DNA from: Aquidulcibacter sp.
GTDB taxonomy: Bacteria > Pseudomonadota > Alphaproteobacteria > Caulobacterales > Aquidulcibacteraceae
Reading direction: 5' to 3'
Assembly (NCBI RefSeq): GCF_044346625.1
Contig: NZ_JBIIYV010000004.1
Location: 4,467-68,466, forward strand
Length of the DNA: 64,000 nt
The notes below the pieces were generated by a model that did not search any database, was not told the origin of the DNA, and saw only the letters and a list, made by a program, of their open reading frames with translations. The position numbers were made by a program, and so were the translations under genes. Below are positions 41,164 through 51,058 of this stretch, piece after piece; the stretch's first letter is position 1, and the number at the start of each line of letters is the position of its first letter.

Positions 41164-42099
41164 ATGGCCGATGCCGATAGTCTGATTTTACACCATTTCA
41201 ACGCCTCGCCATTTTCTGAGAAAATTCGTTTGGTCTTGGGCCTCAAGGGGTTGACTTGGGTCTCGGTGAATATCCCCTCCATCATGCCCAAGCCAGATTT
41301 GACCCCGCTCACAGGTGGCTATCGTCGCACGCCTGTGCTGCAGATCGGGGCCGACATTTATTGCGACACGCAGTTGATCCTGCGCGAGATTGAACGCCGT
41401 CATCCAACCCCAACGCTCTACCCCAATGGCGAAGCCGGGCTTTCATGGATGATCGCCATGTGGGCGGATCGGGCCTTCTTTCAGGCAAGCGTGCCTATTA
41501 TTTTTGGTGCCGAGGGCTTCAATGTGCCTGAAGCGTTTAAGCGCGACCGCGAACAATTGTCGGGTAGACCCTTTGACACCGAGCAAATGCGCGCCGCCTC
41601 ACCCATGATGCGCGACCAGTGGCGCGGCCATGTAGCTTGGGTGGAAGAAGCCCTTGAAGCGTCTAAGGGCGACTGGCTTTTTGGTGATAAACCGGGCCTC
41701 GGCGACATCTCTGCCTATATGAATTTTTGGTTCCTTCGTAACGCCTACCGCCCGGGCTATGACAGCCTGATGGCCCCATTTGAAACCGCGCGCGACTGGG
41801 TTGAGCGGGTCGATGACATTGGTCATGGCACGATTGAGAAGATGACGTCGCAAGAAGCGGTGGCCCTTGCCGGACAGTGTACGCCCATCGCCCGCACTGG
41901 CGTCGATGAGCAGGAGCCACAAGGTTTGCGCGAAGGAGATTTCGTCTCAGTCTCGCCAGACGATTACGGGCGCGACCCCGTTACAGGTAAGCTGGTGTTT
42001 TCCGACGCCAGCGAGATTGCGTTAGAGCGTGATGTGCCGGGTCTTGGGACTTTAGTGGTTCACTTCCCGCGCGTTGGCTATACCGCGCGGCGCAGCTAA
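41164..42099 (+). CDS. Glutathione S-transferase family protein
   Basis: ORF 41146..42099 has a TTG start. The ATG at 41164 has a GAAGGA SD. The protein has a thioredoxin-like GST N-domain (LILHHFNASPFSEKIRLVLGLKGL...TPVLQIG). Confidence 0.75.
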   Translation: MADADSLILHHFNASPFSEKIRLVLGLKGLTWVSVNIPSIMPKPDLTPLTGGYRRTPVLQIGADIYCDTQLILREIERRHPTPTLYPNGEAGLSWMIAMWADRAFFQASVPIIFGAEGFNVPEAFKRDREQLSGRPFDTEQMRAASPMMRDQWRGHVAWVEEALEASKGDWLFGDKPGLGDISAYMNFWFLRNAYRPGYDSLMAPFETARDWVERVDDIGHGTIEKMTSQEAVALAGQCTPIARTGVDEQEPQGLREGDFVSVSPDDYGRDPVTGKLVFSDASEIALERDVPGLGTLVVHFPRVGYTARRS

Positions 42100-42123
42100 A
42101 ACGTCGCGGGTTAAGGGCGGGGC

Positions 42124-42624
42124 TTAGTCGAACAAGGCGTCAATATCGTCTTGAGCACCGCCCGCCGCACCACCATGTACCATGCCATCGAGCATCATGA
42201 TGGACGATTGCAGCGCCATCGTGGTTTCAGCGATGAAGTCGTCCAACGGCGCACCTTGCTGGATAAGCCCTTCTGCCTGCGCGATAGCCTGCTGCAGCAA
42301 GTCGCACGTCTCGTGGCTGAGGGCATCAAACGGGCCTTTAATGGCGGGGTCTGCATTTTGATACGCTAGAATCGCCAAATCCTTGGCCTGAAAGCCAGAG
42401 CGCGCAAAATGCTGCTCATAGCTCAAGGGTTCCCAATTGCGCAGTTCTTCAATCATATCAGGCATATCGCCCAACAGACCAAACAACATGACGGCCTCGT
42501 TAAAGACATTCAAATAGTCAGTCGCAAGGCCTGTCGCGGGCATGATATTGGCTGCGATGAGGACCTCAGGGTCCCACCAAGCAAGCTCTACTACTTCTGC
42601 ACCACGATCACGCACATCAAACAT
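42124..42624 (-). CDS. Hypothetical acidic protein
   Basis: 166-aa ORF lying 46 nt downstream of the acyl-CoA synthetase gene on the same strand. I recognise no motif, and codon use resembles the neighbouring genes. Confidence 0.5.
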   Translation of the reverse strand: MFDVRDRGAEVVELAWWDPEVLIAANIMPATGLATDYLNVFNEAVMLFGLLGDMPDMIEELRNWEPLSYEQHFARSGFQAKDLAILAYQNADPAIKGPFDALSHETCDLLQQAIAQAEGLIQQGAPLDDFIAETTMALQSSIMMLDGMVHGGAAGGAQDDIDALFD

Positions 42625-42670
42625 GCGCGTGTGTTTACTCTACATTTGTCAATATTTACTTTCCAAGCGA

Positions 42671-44464
42671 TCAATATCTGATCTGCCCGAGTTGAAATGC
42701 TTCAAAAACCTCAGGAGTCAAAGGCTCATAGAGGCGGGTTGCAGGGTTCATCCAAACCATAGGGTCGGAAATCTGCGCCGGGTCAAAACCGGCCTTGACC
42801 AAATCGACCTTACGGTACTTGAAGGTGCCCGTAACCTCCATTTCCGTTTGGAAGCGTAAGAATAACGGAATGGCATAGCTAGGCAATTCAGTCCGCACAT
42901 GGGCCGACAGGGCTGCCAAATCAATCGGCTTCGGCGAGACAATCACGGCCATGCCAGCTCGGCCATCGGCGTGGGGTACATCCACGCCATAAACATTGGC
43001 TTGCTCAACGCCAGGATAGATACACAAGGCCTCGCCCACTTCATTGGTCGAGACATTTTCAGACTTCCAGCGATAGGTATCGCCGATCCGGTCCACGAAG
43101 TAAAAATAGCCGAGTTTGTCTTGCTTCAAGAGGTCGCCGGTGCGGAACCATAAATCGCCCTTTTCAAAGACGTCGCGCAAAAGCTTCTTCTCAGATGCCA
43201 CCTTGTCGTTCGCATAGCCGTCGAAGCGAGCCCTCACATTGGTTGTATCGATCTTGCCGATGGCCTCACCCACCTCGTCAAAGGCGCACTTCTCACACAA
43301 GCCCTCTTCATTGCGGATCGGCTTTTCTTCTTCAATATCAAAGCGAACCAGCTCTACATTGAAACGCTTTTTCAGATAACCCGGAATGCGGCCAACCGCG
43401 CCCAGCTTGCCTTCCACATTGATGAAGCTGACATTGCCTTCGGTGGAGCCGTAGAACTCACAAATGAGCGGGATTTTAAAGCGCTCTTCGGCACGCGCCC
43501 AGACGTCAGGCCGCAAGCCGTTCCCAAAGCAGGACTTAAGCTTGTGCGCCTGTTCTTTTGGATGCGGCGGTACGCTGACCAGATAACGGAACAATTCGCC
43601 AATATAGGCAAAGACTGTGCATTCCTGATCGACAATATCGTCCCAGAATTGGGTGGCGGAAAACTTACGGCGCAACACTAAAGTTGCACCCGTATTCAAG
43701 ACAAGACCAACACCACAGATGCCGCCTGTGCCGTGATAGAGCGGCAGCGGGCAATAGACCCGGTCTCCTGGCCCGGTATTGGTCGCCGCAATAAAGGATC
43801 GGCTCATGCCTTGGGTCCGTAAATGCGATAAGGTTGCCGCTTTGGGATTACCGGTTGTGCCCGAGGTATAGACATAAAGGCAGGGGTCTTTGGCTGTCAG
43901 CATTTCGCGATAGGCGCGCGAAGGCCGCTTATTGCTCTGCGCGTTCAAGGCGCGATCCAAGTCATTGGCATTGGGGATCAAACCCCCCGCGGCCCAAACT
44001 GAGACGCCCTCTAGCTGACCATCGATTGTGGCCCACAAATCGGCCTGTTCCACCCCGACAATAGCGGCCTTTGACTTTGCAATCGTGACGCAATGCAGGA
44101 GTGATGGACCTTGTAGATTGTGGTTGATCAAAGCCACGATCACCCCGATCTTGGTCAGGCCGTACCAAGCCGCCAAGTAATCAGGTCGGTTTTGCATGAA
44201 GAGCGACACCACGTCGCCAGCTTTCAAACCAATCGAGACCGCCCAATGCGCATAAAGGTTCGCGCGGCCATCAAATTGCCCGTAGGTCCAAGTCTTGCCC
44301 TCAAACACAATAGCGGGTTTAGAATTGAATTGGTCGCAAATAGCTTCCCAATTGTCCGGCAACAAGACTTGGCTATCTGGGCTTAAGTCCTTCATCCAAT
44401 TATTGGTGCGACTTAAAGCCGAAAAGAATTTTACCTCGCGCTTGATGCTGTCGATTAGGCCCAT
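42671..44464 (-). CDS. Long-chain acyl-CoA synthetase (FATP-like subfamily)
   Basis: 597 aa. It has the AMP-binding motif YTSGTTGNPKAA and the FATP-type motif YFVDRIGDTYRWKSENVSTNEV. The SD AGAGGAAA precedes the ATG. Confidence 0.8.
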   Translation of the reverse strand: MGLIDSIKREVKFFSALSRTNNWMKDLSPDSQVLLPDNWEAICDQFNSKPAIVFEGKTWTYGQFDGRANLYAHWAVSIGLKAGDVVSLFMQNRPDYLAAWYGLTKIGVIVALINHNLQGPSLLHCVTIAKSKAAIVGVEQADLWATIDGQLEGVSVWAAGGLIPNANDLDRALNAQSNKRPSRAYREMLTAKDPCLYVYTSGTTGNPKAATLSHLRTQGMSRSFIAATNTGPGDRVYCPLPLYHGTGGICGVGLVLNTGATLVLRRKFSATQFWDDIVDQECTVFAYIGELFRYLVSVPPHPKEQAHKLKSCFGNGLRPDVWARAEERFKIPLICEFYGSTEGNVSFINVEGKLGAVGRIPGYLKKRFNVELVRFDIEEEKPIRNEEGLCEKCAFDEVGEAIGKIDTTNVRARFDGYANDKVASEKKLLRDVFEKGDLWFRTGDLLKQDKLGYFYFVDRIGDTYRWKSENVSTNEVGEALCIYPGVEQANVYGVDVPHADGRAGMAVIVSPKPIDLAALSAHVRTELPSYAIPLFLRFQTEMEVTGTFKYRKVDLVKAGFDPAQISDPMVWMNPATRLYEPLTPEVFEAFQLGQIRY

Positions 44465-44590
44465 GGAGTGCGTTTCCTCTTTTCTCCTTTATGGACTGAC
44501 TTGAACTTGCTTCAAGCGGTCAAGCTGACAAGAGAAGCGGTTTTCGCAATAAGTTGAACGCACTGATACACAAATGCATCAGGCTTGGCT

Positions 44591-45259
44591 TTAAGGGCGA
44601 ACGGGCCAGTCTTTTTGGTGGTAGGCACTATCCCAAAACAACCACTCATGTTGAGCACAGCGCAGGAAAGCGGCCTCCATGCGGGCGCGCTCTGCGGGCC
44701 CTGCGGCCTCGGCTGCTGCATTGACGATGGCCTTCATGCGCTCTGTTGCCTCGGCGAAACCTTCATCCGCATAGGTATCAATCCACGCCTGATAGAAATT
44801 ATTGGGTGCCCCCTGCTTAGCGATGGTGGTGCCGACATCTTGATAGAGCCAAAAGCAAGGCAGAACGGCCGCTGCCAGCACCGCAAAACTATCGGTTACC
44901 GCGGTAGCCAGCATGAAGTTCACATAAGCCTCGCAAGCCGGTGTCGCCGCAGCAGTTTCAGCCGCGCGGGGATCAATGCCAAATTGCTCAAGGTAACCGG
45001 CATGCAGCGCGCGCTCGACAATGATGGCAACTTCGGCAGCTTTGGAGAATTCCAAGATTTCATCCGCCGCTGGCGCTTTGGCCGCACCCAAAGCCAGAAC
45101 ACGCGCGTAGCCCTGGAGATAGAGGCTGTCTTGGATCATATAATGGGCAAAGGCATCCCGCGATAAGGTGCCTGCCGACAATTCCGTATTGAAAGGATGG
45201 GCGTGCACGGCTTCGCGCAGCTTGGTGGCCGCAGCCCAGACATCGTCGGTAAAAGCCAT
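44591..45259 (-). CDS. tenA: TenA family thiaminase II / aminopyrimidine aminohydrolase
   Basis: 222 aa. It has the TenA pattern (HPFN..L..GTL....F..Y..QD..YL....R, CFWLYQ). It starts 3 nt after the TonB-dependent receptor stop, under the TPP riboswitch. Confidence 0.8.
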   Translation of the reverse strand: MAFTDDVWAAATKLREAVHAHPFNTELSAGTLSRDAFAHYMIQDSLYLQGYARVLALGAAKAPAADEILEFSKAAEVAIIVERALHAGYLEQFGIDPRAAETAAATPACEAYVNFMLATAVTDSFAVLAAAVLPCFWLYQDVGTTIAKQGAPNNFYQAWIDTYADEGFAEATERMKAIVNAAAEAAGPAERARMEAAFLRCAQHEWLFWDSAYHQKDWPVRP

Positions 45260-45262
45260 GAC

Positions 45263-47380
45263 TTAAAACTCCCTACGTAGGCTGAAGATGACTTTGCGCC
45301 CGCGGTTGATGGTGAACGTGTCAAACGGGCCACCGGGGCCAAGGCCTGCCAATAGGCCTGTCATCCCTTGGCCAAAGGCGGAAATAGCCCAGCGCTCATT
45401 GGTGAGGTTTTGAGCTTGCAGGGTTGCCGTCCAAGCGTCGCGCCTGGCGCTGAGCGTCAGGTCTGTCCACCAACGGCCTGGCGAATAGAGCACATTGTCG
45501 ATCTCATAAAAAGTCTTACCGGCATAATTGGCGTCGATGCGGCCCGTTAGAGATAACTCATCAAGGCTAACTCTATAGGTTGCCGACACTTTGCCCGTGT
45601 CCTTGGGCGCATTGGGGATGGCCTTGCCGCTATAGTCTCGCGTGGCGGGGGAACCCAAAAGCGGATCGGTGGCGATAAAGCGCTCAATCTTGGTATCGGC
45701 CAAAGCATAGCTGGCCGACAGGTCGAGGCCGTCCAAGGGCTCTAGGAAGATGCTGGCCTCTAGGCCCCTCACCGTCACTTCGTCCACGTTCAAGGTCACC
45801 GACTGATTGTCGATGAACGTATAGTTTTGATAATCCTCAACCTTGTTGGAAAAGATATTGAGCTCTAAGCGCCCCGATGCAACAGGCATTTTTTGCTTCC
45901 AGCCCAATTCCAATGAGTTGGTGATCTCGGGTCGATAAGTGGCTTTCCAGATCGAACTGGCAGCTGGGGTCGGGTTGAAACCACCCGGGCGATAGGCGTC
46001 TCCATAAGTGAGGAAGAGATTGGTATCCCCGCTTAGCCACTGCGCGGTGACGCGTGGCTGAAAGCGCTCAAACGTGCCGTCACGACGGGAGATCACAGGC
46101 CCACCAACTTGGCTTAAAATCGTCTGCGACCGCTCATCGCGGTCCAGCCGACCCTGTGCTTCCAGCTTAATTGCATCCGTCACCCAATAGCCAAGGCCGC
46201 CAAAGACAGATGTCTGATGAGACCGGGTTAGATAGCGCGGCGCTGGTCCACCGAATAGCAAGGGGCCAAAATCGTCAGTGCGATCTTTGTCGGTGTCCTG
46301 AACAAACAGCCCCCATTGATGGCTGAAGTTTTGATTATCATCCGAAATCCAACGCACTTCGGCCGTGGTGGCGCGCAGATCAATGGGCTGGCGAATAGGC
46401 TGAATACCAGTTGGGAAAGCTGGAAAGCCAAAGAAGGTCAACGGCCCTGGGCGATAGTCCAGTTCCTCATCCCAGCGCTTGGCATAGGAATCCCGGGCGA
46501 CATAGGCAGTCAAAGTGCCCCCTGCGATTGGGCGCGAAGCCTTCGCCACCCCCTGCCCCCAACGCCGCTTGGATTGGCCCGGATAATCGCCGATTGGATT
46601 GATCAGAACTTTGCCAGAAAGACGGCCTGCATTCTTGCCGGTGACATTGTTGGAGCTCGCCCAAGCGGCCCCGCCCTCATCTTCCAAATACTGAAACTTG
46701 AAATCCAATTCCCAGCCTAAGGCAGGTCCCGTCAGGCGCAGACGCGCGCTGCGGGTTTCAACCGCATCGACCAAGCGATTGAGCGTGGTATTCTTAATCC
46801 AGCCATCGGCAGACGACCACAGGCCAGAAGCCCGCAACTTCCAGTCAGCGCCGAGTTCGAAGCTATGGGCGGCCTCAATTTCGTCCAAGCCGCCATTGCC
46901 TGCGGTGGCTTCAAGATAAGAGATGCTTTGCCCGGTGCGAATACCAATCACGCCGCCTGAGGCATTCTTCCCGAATAGCGCCCCTTGAGGTCCCTTTAAA
47001 ACTTCTATGGTGCCGATATCATAGAGGCGTGGCGTGAACAATTCAGTATCGGCCAAAGGCACACCGTCCAGCACCATGGCGACGGAGGCCTGTTGCAAGC
47101 GATCCGTTGTCGCACCCCGGATGGACAGGATATTGGTACCTGGGTCTTGATCATTGACCATCCAGACGCCGGGAACTGCGGTGGCCACATCGTCGATACT
47201 TGCAATCCCCTCATCTGATATGATGACCGCAGTGGCTGCTGTGTCGAACCTAGATTCTCTCCGTCCACGTACGGTGATTACCTCAGTAATCGGCGGCGAA
47301 GCAGCAATACTTGCGTGGTGTTCTAAGTCGACAGGTTGCGCAGCTTGCGCCACAGCGAGAATAACGAGTGATAACGTCAT
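45263..47380 (-). CDS. TonB-dependent receptor (TPP-riboswitch controlled)
   Basis: ORF 45263..47404. The ATG at 47404 lies inside the riboswitch, so I prefer the ATG at 47380 (MTLSLVILAVAQA). The protein has a plug domain (ITVRGRRE..., VLKGPQGALFGKNASGG) and a beta-barrel ending in a terminal Phe. Confidence 0.85.
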   Translation of the reverse strand: MTLSLVILAVAQAAQPVDLEHHASIAASPPITEVITVRGRRESRFDTAATAVIISDEGIASIDDVATAVPGVWMVNDQDPGTNILSIRGATTDRLQQASVAMVLDGVPLADTELFTPRLYDIGTIEVLKGPQGALFGKNASGGVIGIRTGQSISYLEATAGNGGLDEIEAAHSFELGADWKLRASGLWSSADGWIKNTTLNRLVDAVETRSARLRLTGPALGWELDFKFQYLEDEGGAAWASSNNVTGKNAGRLSGKVLINPIGDYPGQSKRRWGQGVAKASRPIAGGTLTAYVARDSYAKRWDEELDYRPGPLTFFGFPAFPTGIQPIRQPIDLRATTAEVRWISDDNQNFSHQWGLFVQDTDKDRTDDFGPLLFGGPAPRYLTRSHQTSVFGGLGYWVTDAIKLEAQGRLDRDERSQTILSQVGGPVISRRDGTFERFQPRVTAQWLSGDTNLFLTYGDAYRPGGFNPTPAASSIWKATYRPEITNSLELGWKQKMPVASGRLELNIFSNKVEDYQNYTFIDNQSVTLNVDEVTVRGLEASIFLEPLDGLDLSASYALADTKIERFIATDPLLGSPATRDYSGKAIPNAPKDTGKVSATYRVSLDELSLTGRIDANYAGKTFYEIDNVLYSPGRWWTDLTLSARRDAWTATLQAQNLTNERWAISAFGQGMTGLLAGLGPGGPFDTFTINRGRKVIFSLRREF

Positions 47381-47382
47381 AG

Positions 47383-47497
47383 TGGCCCCTCCCTTCGCCG
47401 GCATGATCCGGAGCAGGTTCTACGGGTCGCCACACGACAATCCTCAAGGATCGTTTATGGCCTCTCAGCCCCTCATCGTGGGGCTCCCCGGTGTGTG
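47383..47497 (-). promoter_or_regulatory. TPP (THI-box) riboswitch
   Basis: The minus strand reads CCGGGGAGCCCCACGAUGAGGGGCUGAGAGG...GACCCGUAGAACCUGCUCCGGAUCAUGCCGGCGAAGGGAGGGG. This matches the conserved GGGG.GC, CUGAGA, ACCCGUA.AACCUG and AUGCCGGCG.AGGGA elements. The 3' arm overlaps the SD GGGAGG of the receptor gene. Confidence 0.9.
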
Positions 47498-47551
47498 GGC
47501 GGGGTAGGCCCGCCCTGTAAAAGCGTCAAGCATATGACGCAGAAGGTGCGG

Positions 47552-48349
47552 CTAGATCAGGCCTGCCAAGGGGCTGGATGGATCAGCATAACGCTTGCGC
47601 CCCATGCGGCCAGCCAAATAAGCGTCACGACCGGCTAGGACGGCATGCTTCATGGCGCGCGCCATGCGGATGGGGTCCTTGGCTTCGGCAATGGCGGTAT
47701 TCATCAAAACCCCATCGCAACCGAGCTCCATAGCAATTGCGGCCTCTGAAGCGGTGCCAACGCCTGCATCGACCAAGACTGGAACGCGGGCGGCTTCGAC
47801 GATCAAGCGGATGTTCACGGGGTTTTGAATGCCAAGGCCCGAGCCAATCGGTGCCCCCAATGGCATAATGGCGCACGCGCCGGCATCTTCTAAGCGACGC
47901 GCAAACACCGGGTCATCGGTGCAATAGACCATAACGTCGAAGCCCTCTTTCACCAAAACTTTGGTGGCCTCGAGTGTTTCAATCATATCTGGATAAAGCG
48001 TTTTCTGGTCTGACAGCACTTCCAGCTTCACCAAGCTCCAGCCACCTGCCTCGCGGGCAAGCCGCAGCGTCCGCAGCGCATCTTCGGCGGTGAAACATCC
48101 CGCCGTGTTGGGCAGAAAAGTATAGCGCTTGGGGTCGACAAAGTCCGTCAAGCGCGGCTGGGTGGGGTCCGATAAATTGACCCGCCGCACGGCAACGGTG
48201 ACGATTTCCACGCCAGCCGCCTCTGCCGCCGCAGCATTCTGGGCATAGTCGCGGTATTTACCTGTGCCGATGATTAAGCGCGATGAGAAGGTGCGCCCGG
48301 CAACAGTCCAGCTATCATCTTGGTTGAGGTCTTTAGTTGTTTCGGTCAA
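47552..48349 (-). CDS. thiG: Thiazole synthase
   Basis: 265 aa. It has the pattern LIIGTGKY...VTVAVRR...LPNTAGC...[14 protein letters not shown] and lies immediately downstream of thiS. Confidence 0.9.
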   Translation of the reverse strand: MTETTKDLNQDDSWTVAGRTFSSRLIIGTGKYRDYAQNAAAAEAAGVEIVTVAVRRVNLSDPTQPRLTDFVDPKRYTFLPNTAGCFTAEDALRTLRLAREAGGWSLVKLEVLSDQKTLYPDMIETLEATKVLVKEGFDVMVYCTDDPVFARRLEDAGACAIMPLGAPIGSGLGIQNPVNIRLIVEAARVPVLVDAGVGTASEAAIAMELGCDGVLMNTAIAEAKDPIRMARAMKHAVLAGRDAYLAGRMGRKRYADPSSPLAGLI

Positions 48350-48353
48350 ACCC

Positions 48354-48554
48354 TCATCCCCCGCCTACAAATTGCACAAATTCTAACTGGTCACCGTCAG
48401 CCAATATGGTTTGATCCCATTGCGACTTCATGACGATCACCCGGTTGCGCTCAATCGCCACGCCGCGCGGATCGGCGACAAGGCGGCCGACCAAAGTCGT
48501 CAAACTTGTCCCCGGTTCAACCTGATGCTCTTCACCATTGAGATAAATAATCAT
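48354..48554 (-). CDS. thiS: Sulfur carrier protein ThiS
   Basis: 66 aa. It has a ubiquitin-like fold and ends in ...FVGGG. Confidence 0.85.
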   Translation of the reverse strand: MIIYLNGEEHQVEPGTSLTTLVGRLVADPRGVAIERNRVIVMKSQWDQTILADGDQLEFVQFVGGG

Positions 48555-48691
48555 CGCGCCCTCATTGGTCGCAGATATGGGCGGGCTTGGTTGGTTTGAT
48601 CAAGGCGGTTGTGCAGGAAAGCGGCCATAAGATGCAACCATTTCAGCATGGCCACCTTTCCCTTTCGGCAAAGCAAGGTTACACCTTGTCC

Positions 48692-49138
48692 ATGGAAAAA
48701 GCGATTTTTGTGCTCAATGGGCCAAACCTCAACCTGTTAGGCACGCGCGAACCTGAGATTTACGGGACCGATACGCTGGCGGATGTGGAAGCCGCATGCT
48801 CCGCGCTGGCCGAACGCTTGGGGATGAAGCTTGTCTTCCGTCAGTCCAATAGTGAAGGCCAATTGGTGGATTGGCTGCAAGAAGCCCGTGACCATGGCGC
48901 AGGCGTCTTACTCAATGCCGGGGCACTGACCCACACATCGCTTGCGATCTATGATGCGATTAAGGCCATGAGCATTCCTGTGATCGAGATCCATTTGTCC
49001 AACCCGTTGCGGCGCGAAGCGTTTCGTCATCACTCCTATGTTGGGATGGCAGCAATTGGGACAATCGCGGGCTTTGGCCTGCACTCTTACGTATTGGGCC
49101 TAGAAGCCCTATCCAAGAAACTATCGGTCAAAAGCTGA
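48692..49138 (+). CDS. aroQ: Type II 3-dehydroquinate dehydratase
   Basis: ORF 48587..49138 trimmed to the ATG at 48692 (MEKAIFVLNGPNLNLLGTREPEIYG). It has the motif IEIHLSNP. Confidence 0.9.
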   Translation: MEKAIFVLNGPNLNLLGTREPEIYGTDTLADVEAACSALAERLGMKLVFRQSNSEGQLVDWLQEARDHGAGVLLNAGALTHTSLAIYDAIKAMSIPVIEIHLSNPLRREAFRHHSYVGMAAIGTIAGFGLHSYVLGLEALSKKLSVKS

Positions 49139-49189
49139 CCCTTTTGCCCCAAAAACGAAGGTCCTAAGTCAGACCTATAGGAGAGACGA

Positions 49190-49675
49190 ATGAGCCAGTC
49201 AGGATTCGACACAAAATTGGTCAAGGATCTGGCGCGTATCCTGCGCGATACGGACCTGAGCGAGATTGAAGTAGAAAACGAAGGGGTTCGCGTGCGTGTT
49301 GCGCGTCAAGCCAATATCGCGCCTCAAATGGTCCAAGCGCATGTGCCAATGGCCCAAGCCCCCACGGCGATGGCCCCTGCGGCGGCAAATTCTGCGTCGG
49401 CACCCGCTGCGCCAGCCCCAGCGGCTGATCCTGCCAAACACCCCGGCGCGGTTCCCTCGCCTATGGTCGGCACGGTCTATACCCAGCCAGAACCCGGCGC
49501 TTCAGCCTTTATCAAGGTCGGCGATACGGTGAAGGAAGGCCAACAGCTGTTCATCATCGAAGCGATGAAGACCATGAACCCTGTGCCTTCGCCACGCTCT
49601 GGGACAGTAACGGCTATTCTTGTCCATGATGCTCAACCCGTTGAATATGGCGAAGCGCTCTGCGTGATCGAATAA
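49190..49675 (+). CDS. accB: Acetyl-CoA carboxylase biotin carboxyl carrier protein
   Basis: 161 aa. It has a Pro/Ala linker and the biotinyl-lysine motif IEAMKTMN. The SD is AGGAGAG. Confidence 0.9.
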   Translation: MSQSGFDTKLVKDLARILRDTDLSEIEVENEGVRVRVARQANIAPQMVQAHVPMAQAPTAMAPAAANSASAPAAPAPAADPAKHPGAVPSPMVGTVYTQPEPGASAFIKVGDTVKEGQQLFIIEAMKTMNPVPSPRSGTVTAILVHDAQPVEYGEALCVIE

Positions 49676-49690
49676 TCAGGAGACACACAG

Positions 49691-51058
49691 GTGTTTGATA
49701 AAGTTCTGATCGCCAACCGCGGCGAGATTGCCCTGCGGATTCACCGCGCCTGCAAAGAAATGGGCATAACCACCGTGGCGGTCCATTCTACGGCGGACGC
49801 CGACGCGATGCATGTGCGCTTGGCTGACGAAAGTGTCTGTTTGGGCCCGCCAGCTGCTGCGAAGTCTTACTTGAATATCCCAGCCTTAATCGCGGCTTGC
49901 GAGATTACTGGCGCGCAGGCCATCCATCCGGGCTATGGCTTCTTGTCTGAAAATGCCCGCTTTGCAGAAATCATCGATGCGCATGGCTTAGTCTTTATCG
50001 GCCCGCGCGCTGAACATATCCGCATGATGGGGGATAAGATTGCCGCCAAAGCTGCGGTTAAGGCTGCCGGCATCCCTGTAGTGCCGGGCTCTGACGGTGG
50101 CATTACGGATGACGAGACCGCCTTGGCGGTTGCCGAAGAAATTGGCTATCCCGTTCTGGTAAAAGCCTCCGCCGGTGGTGGTGGTCGCGGCATGAAGGTC
50201 GCCCATTCCAAGGATGAGTTGTCGGTCGCTTTGTCGATGGCCCGCACCGAAGCCAAGAATGCGTTCGGCGATGACACGGTTTACCTCGAAAAATACCTCG
50301 GCAAGCCACGCCACATCGAAATCCAAGTGATCGCCGATGAGTTTGGCAATGTGGTCCATTTGGGCGAACGTGATTGCTCACTCCAGCGTCGCCACCAAAA
50401 AGTCTGGGAAGAAGCGCCCTCACCTGCCTTGAACGCAGAGGAACGCGCCGAGATCGGCGACATCGTGGTGAAGGCCATCAAGTCGCTGGGCTATCTGGGC
50501 GTTGGCACCATTGAATTCCTCTATGAAGAGGGTCGCTTCTATTTCATCGAAATGAACACCCGACTTCAGGTCGAACATCCCGTCACCGAGATGATCACAG
50601 GCGTGGATTTGGTGCGTGAGCAAATTCGGATCGCAGCTGGGATGCCGCTCTCCTTCACCCAAGAAGAAGTGGTATTTGAAGGCGTGGCGATTGAATGCCG
50701 CGTCAATGCCGAAGACCCCGTCACCTTTGCACCTTCACCTGGCACCATCACGGACTTCCATGCCCCCGGTGGCTTGGGTGTGCGCTTGGATTCAGCCATT
50801 TATACCGGCTATAAAATCCCACCTTATTACGACAGCTTGATTGGTAAGTTGATCGTGCATGGGCGCAACCGCAATGAATGCCTGATGCGTTTGCGACGCT
50901 CGCTGTCTGAAATGGTGGTTGGTGGCGTGAAGACCACGATCCCGCTGTTCCTGCGTTTGGTGCAAGAGCGCGACATCATCGATGGCGATTACAACATCCA
51001 CTGGCTCGAAAAGTGGCTGGCCGAACAAGCCGAACAAGCTGAGGAACCGCGTGCATGA
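49691..51058 (+). CDS. accC: Acetyl-CoA carboxylase biotin carboxylase subunit
   Basis: 455 aa with a GTG start. It begins [17 protein letters not shown] and has the ATP-grasp motifs ([21 protein letters not shown]). Confidence 0.92.
   Translation: MFDKVLIANRGEIALRIHRACKEMGITTVAVHSTADADAMHVRLADESVCLGPPAAAKSYLNIPALIAACEITGAQAIHPGYGFLSENARFAEIIDAHGLVFIGPRAEHIRMMGDKIAAKAAVKAAGIPVVPGSDGGITDDETALAVAEEIGYPVLVKASAGGGGRGMKVAHSKDELSVALSMARTEAKNAFGDDTVYLEKYLGKPRHIEIQVIADEFGNVVHLGERDCSLQRRHQKVWEEAPSPALNAEERAEIGDIVVKAIKSLGYLGVGTIEFLYEEGRFYFIEMNTRLQVEHPVTEMITGVDLVREQIRIAAGMPLSFTQEEVVFEGVAIECRVNAEDPVTFAPSPGTITDFHAPGGLGVRLDSAIYTGYKIPPYYDSLIGKLIVHGRNRNECLMRLRRSLSEMVVGGVKTTIPLFLRLVQERDIIDGDYNIHWLEKWLAEQAEQAEEPRA

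Noticed and set aside
47381-47404. The ORF-track start of the TonB-dependent receptor at 47404 (MPAKGGAT...).
   Set aside because: This ATG is the AUG inside the conserved AUGCCGGCGAAGGGA arm of the TPP aptamer. The downstream ATG at 47380 is preceded by GGGAGG and begins a signal-peptide-like sequence.
48555-48691. Expected TPP riboswitch upstream of thiS.
   Set aside because: I read the minus strand and found no GGGG.GC / CUGAGA / ACCUGAUC..GG.UAAU.CC.GCG.AGGGA elements. GCTGAAATGG is only a superficial match.
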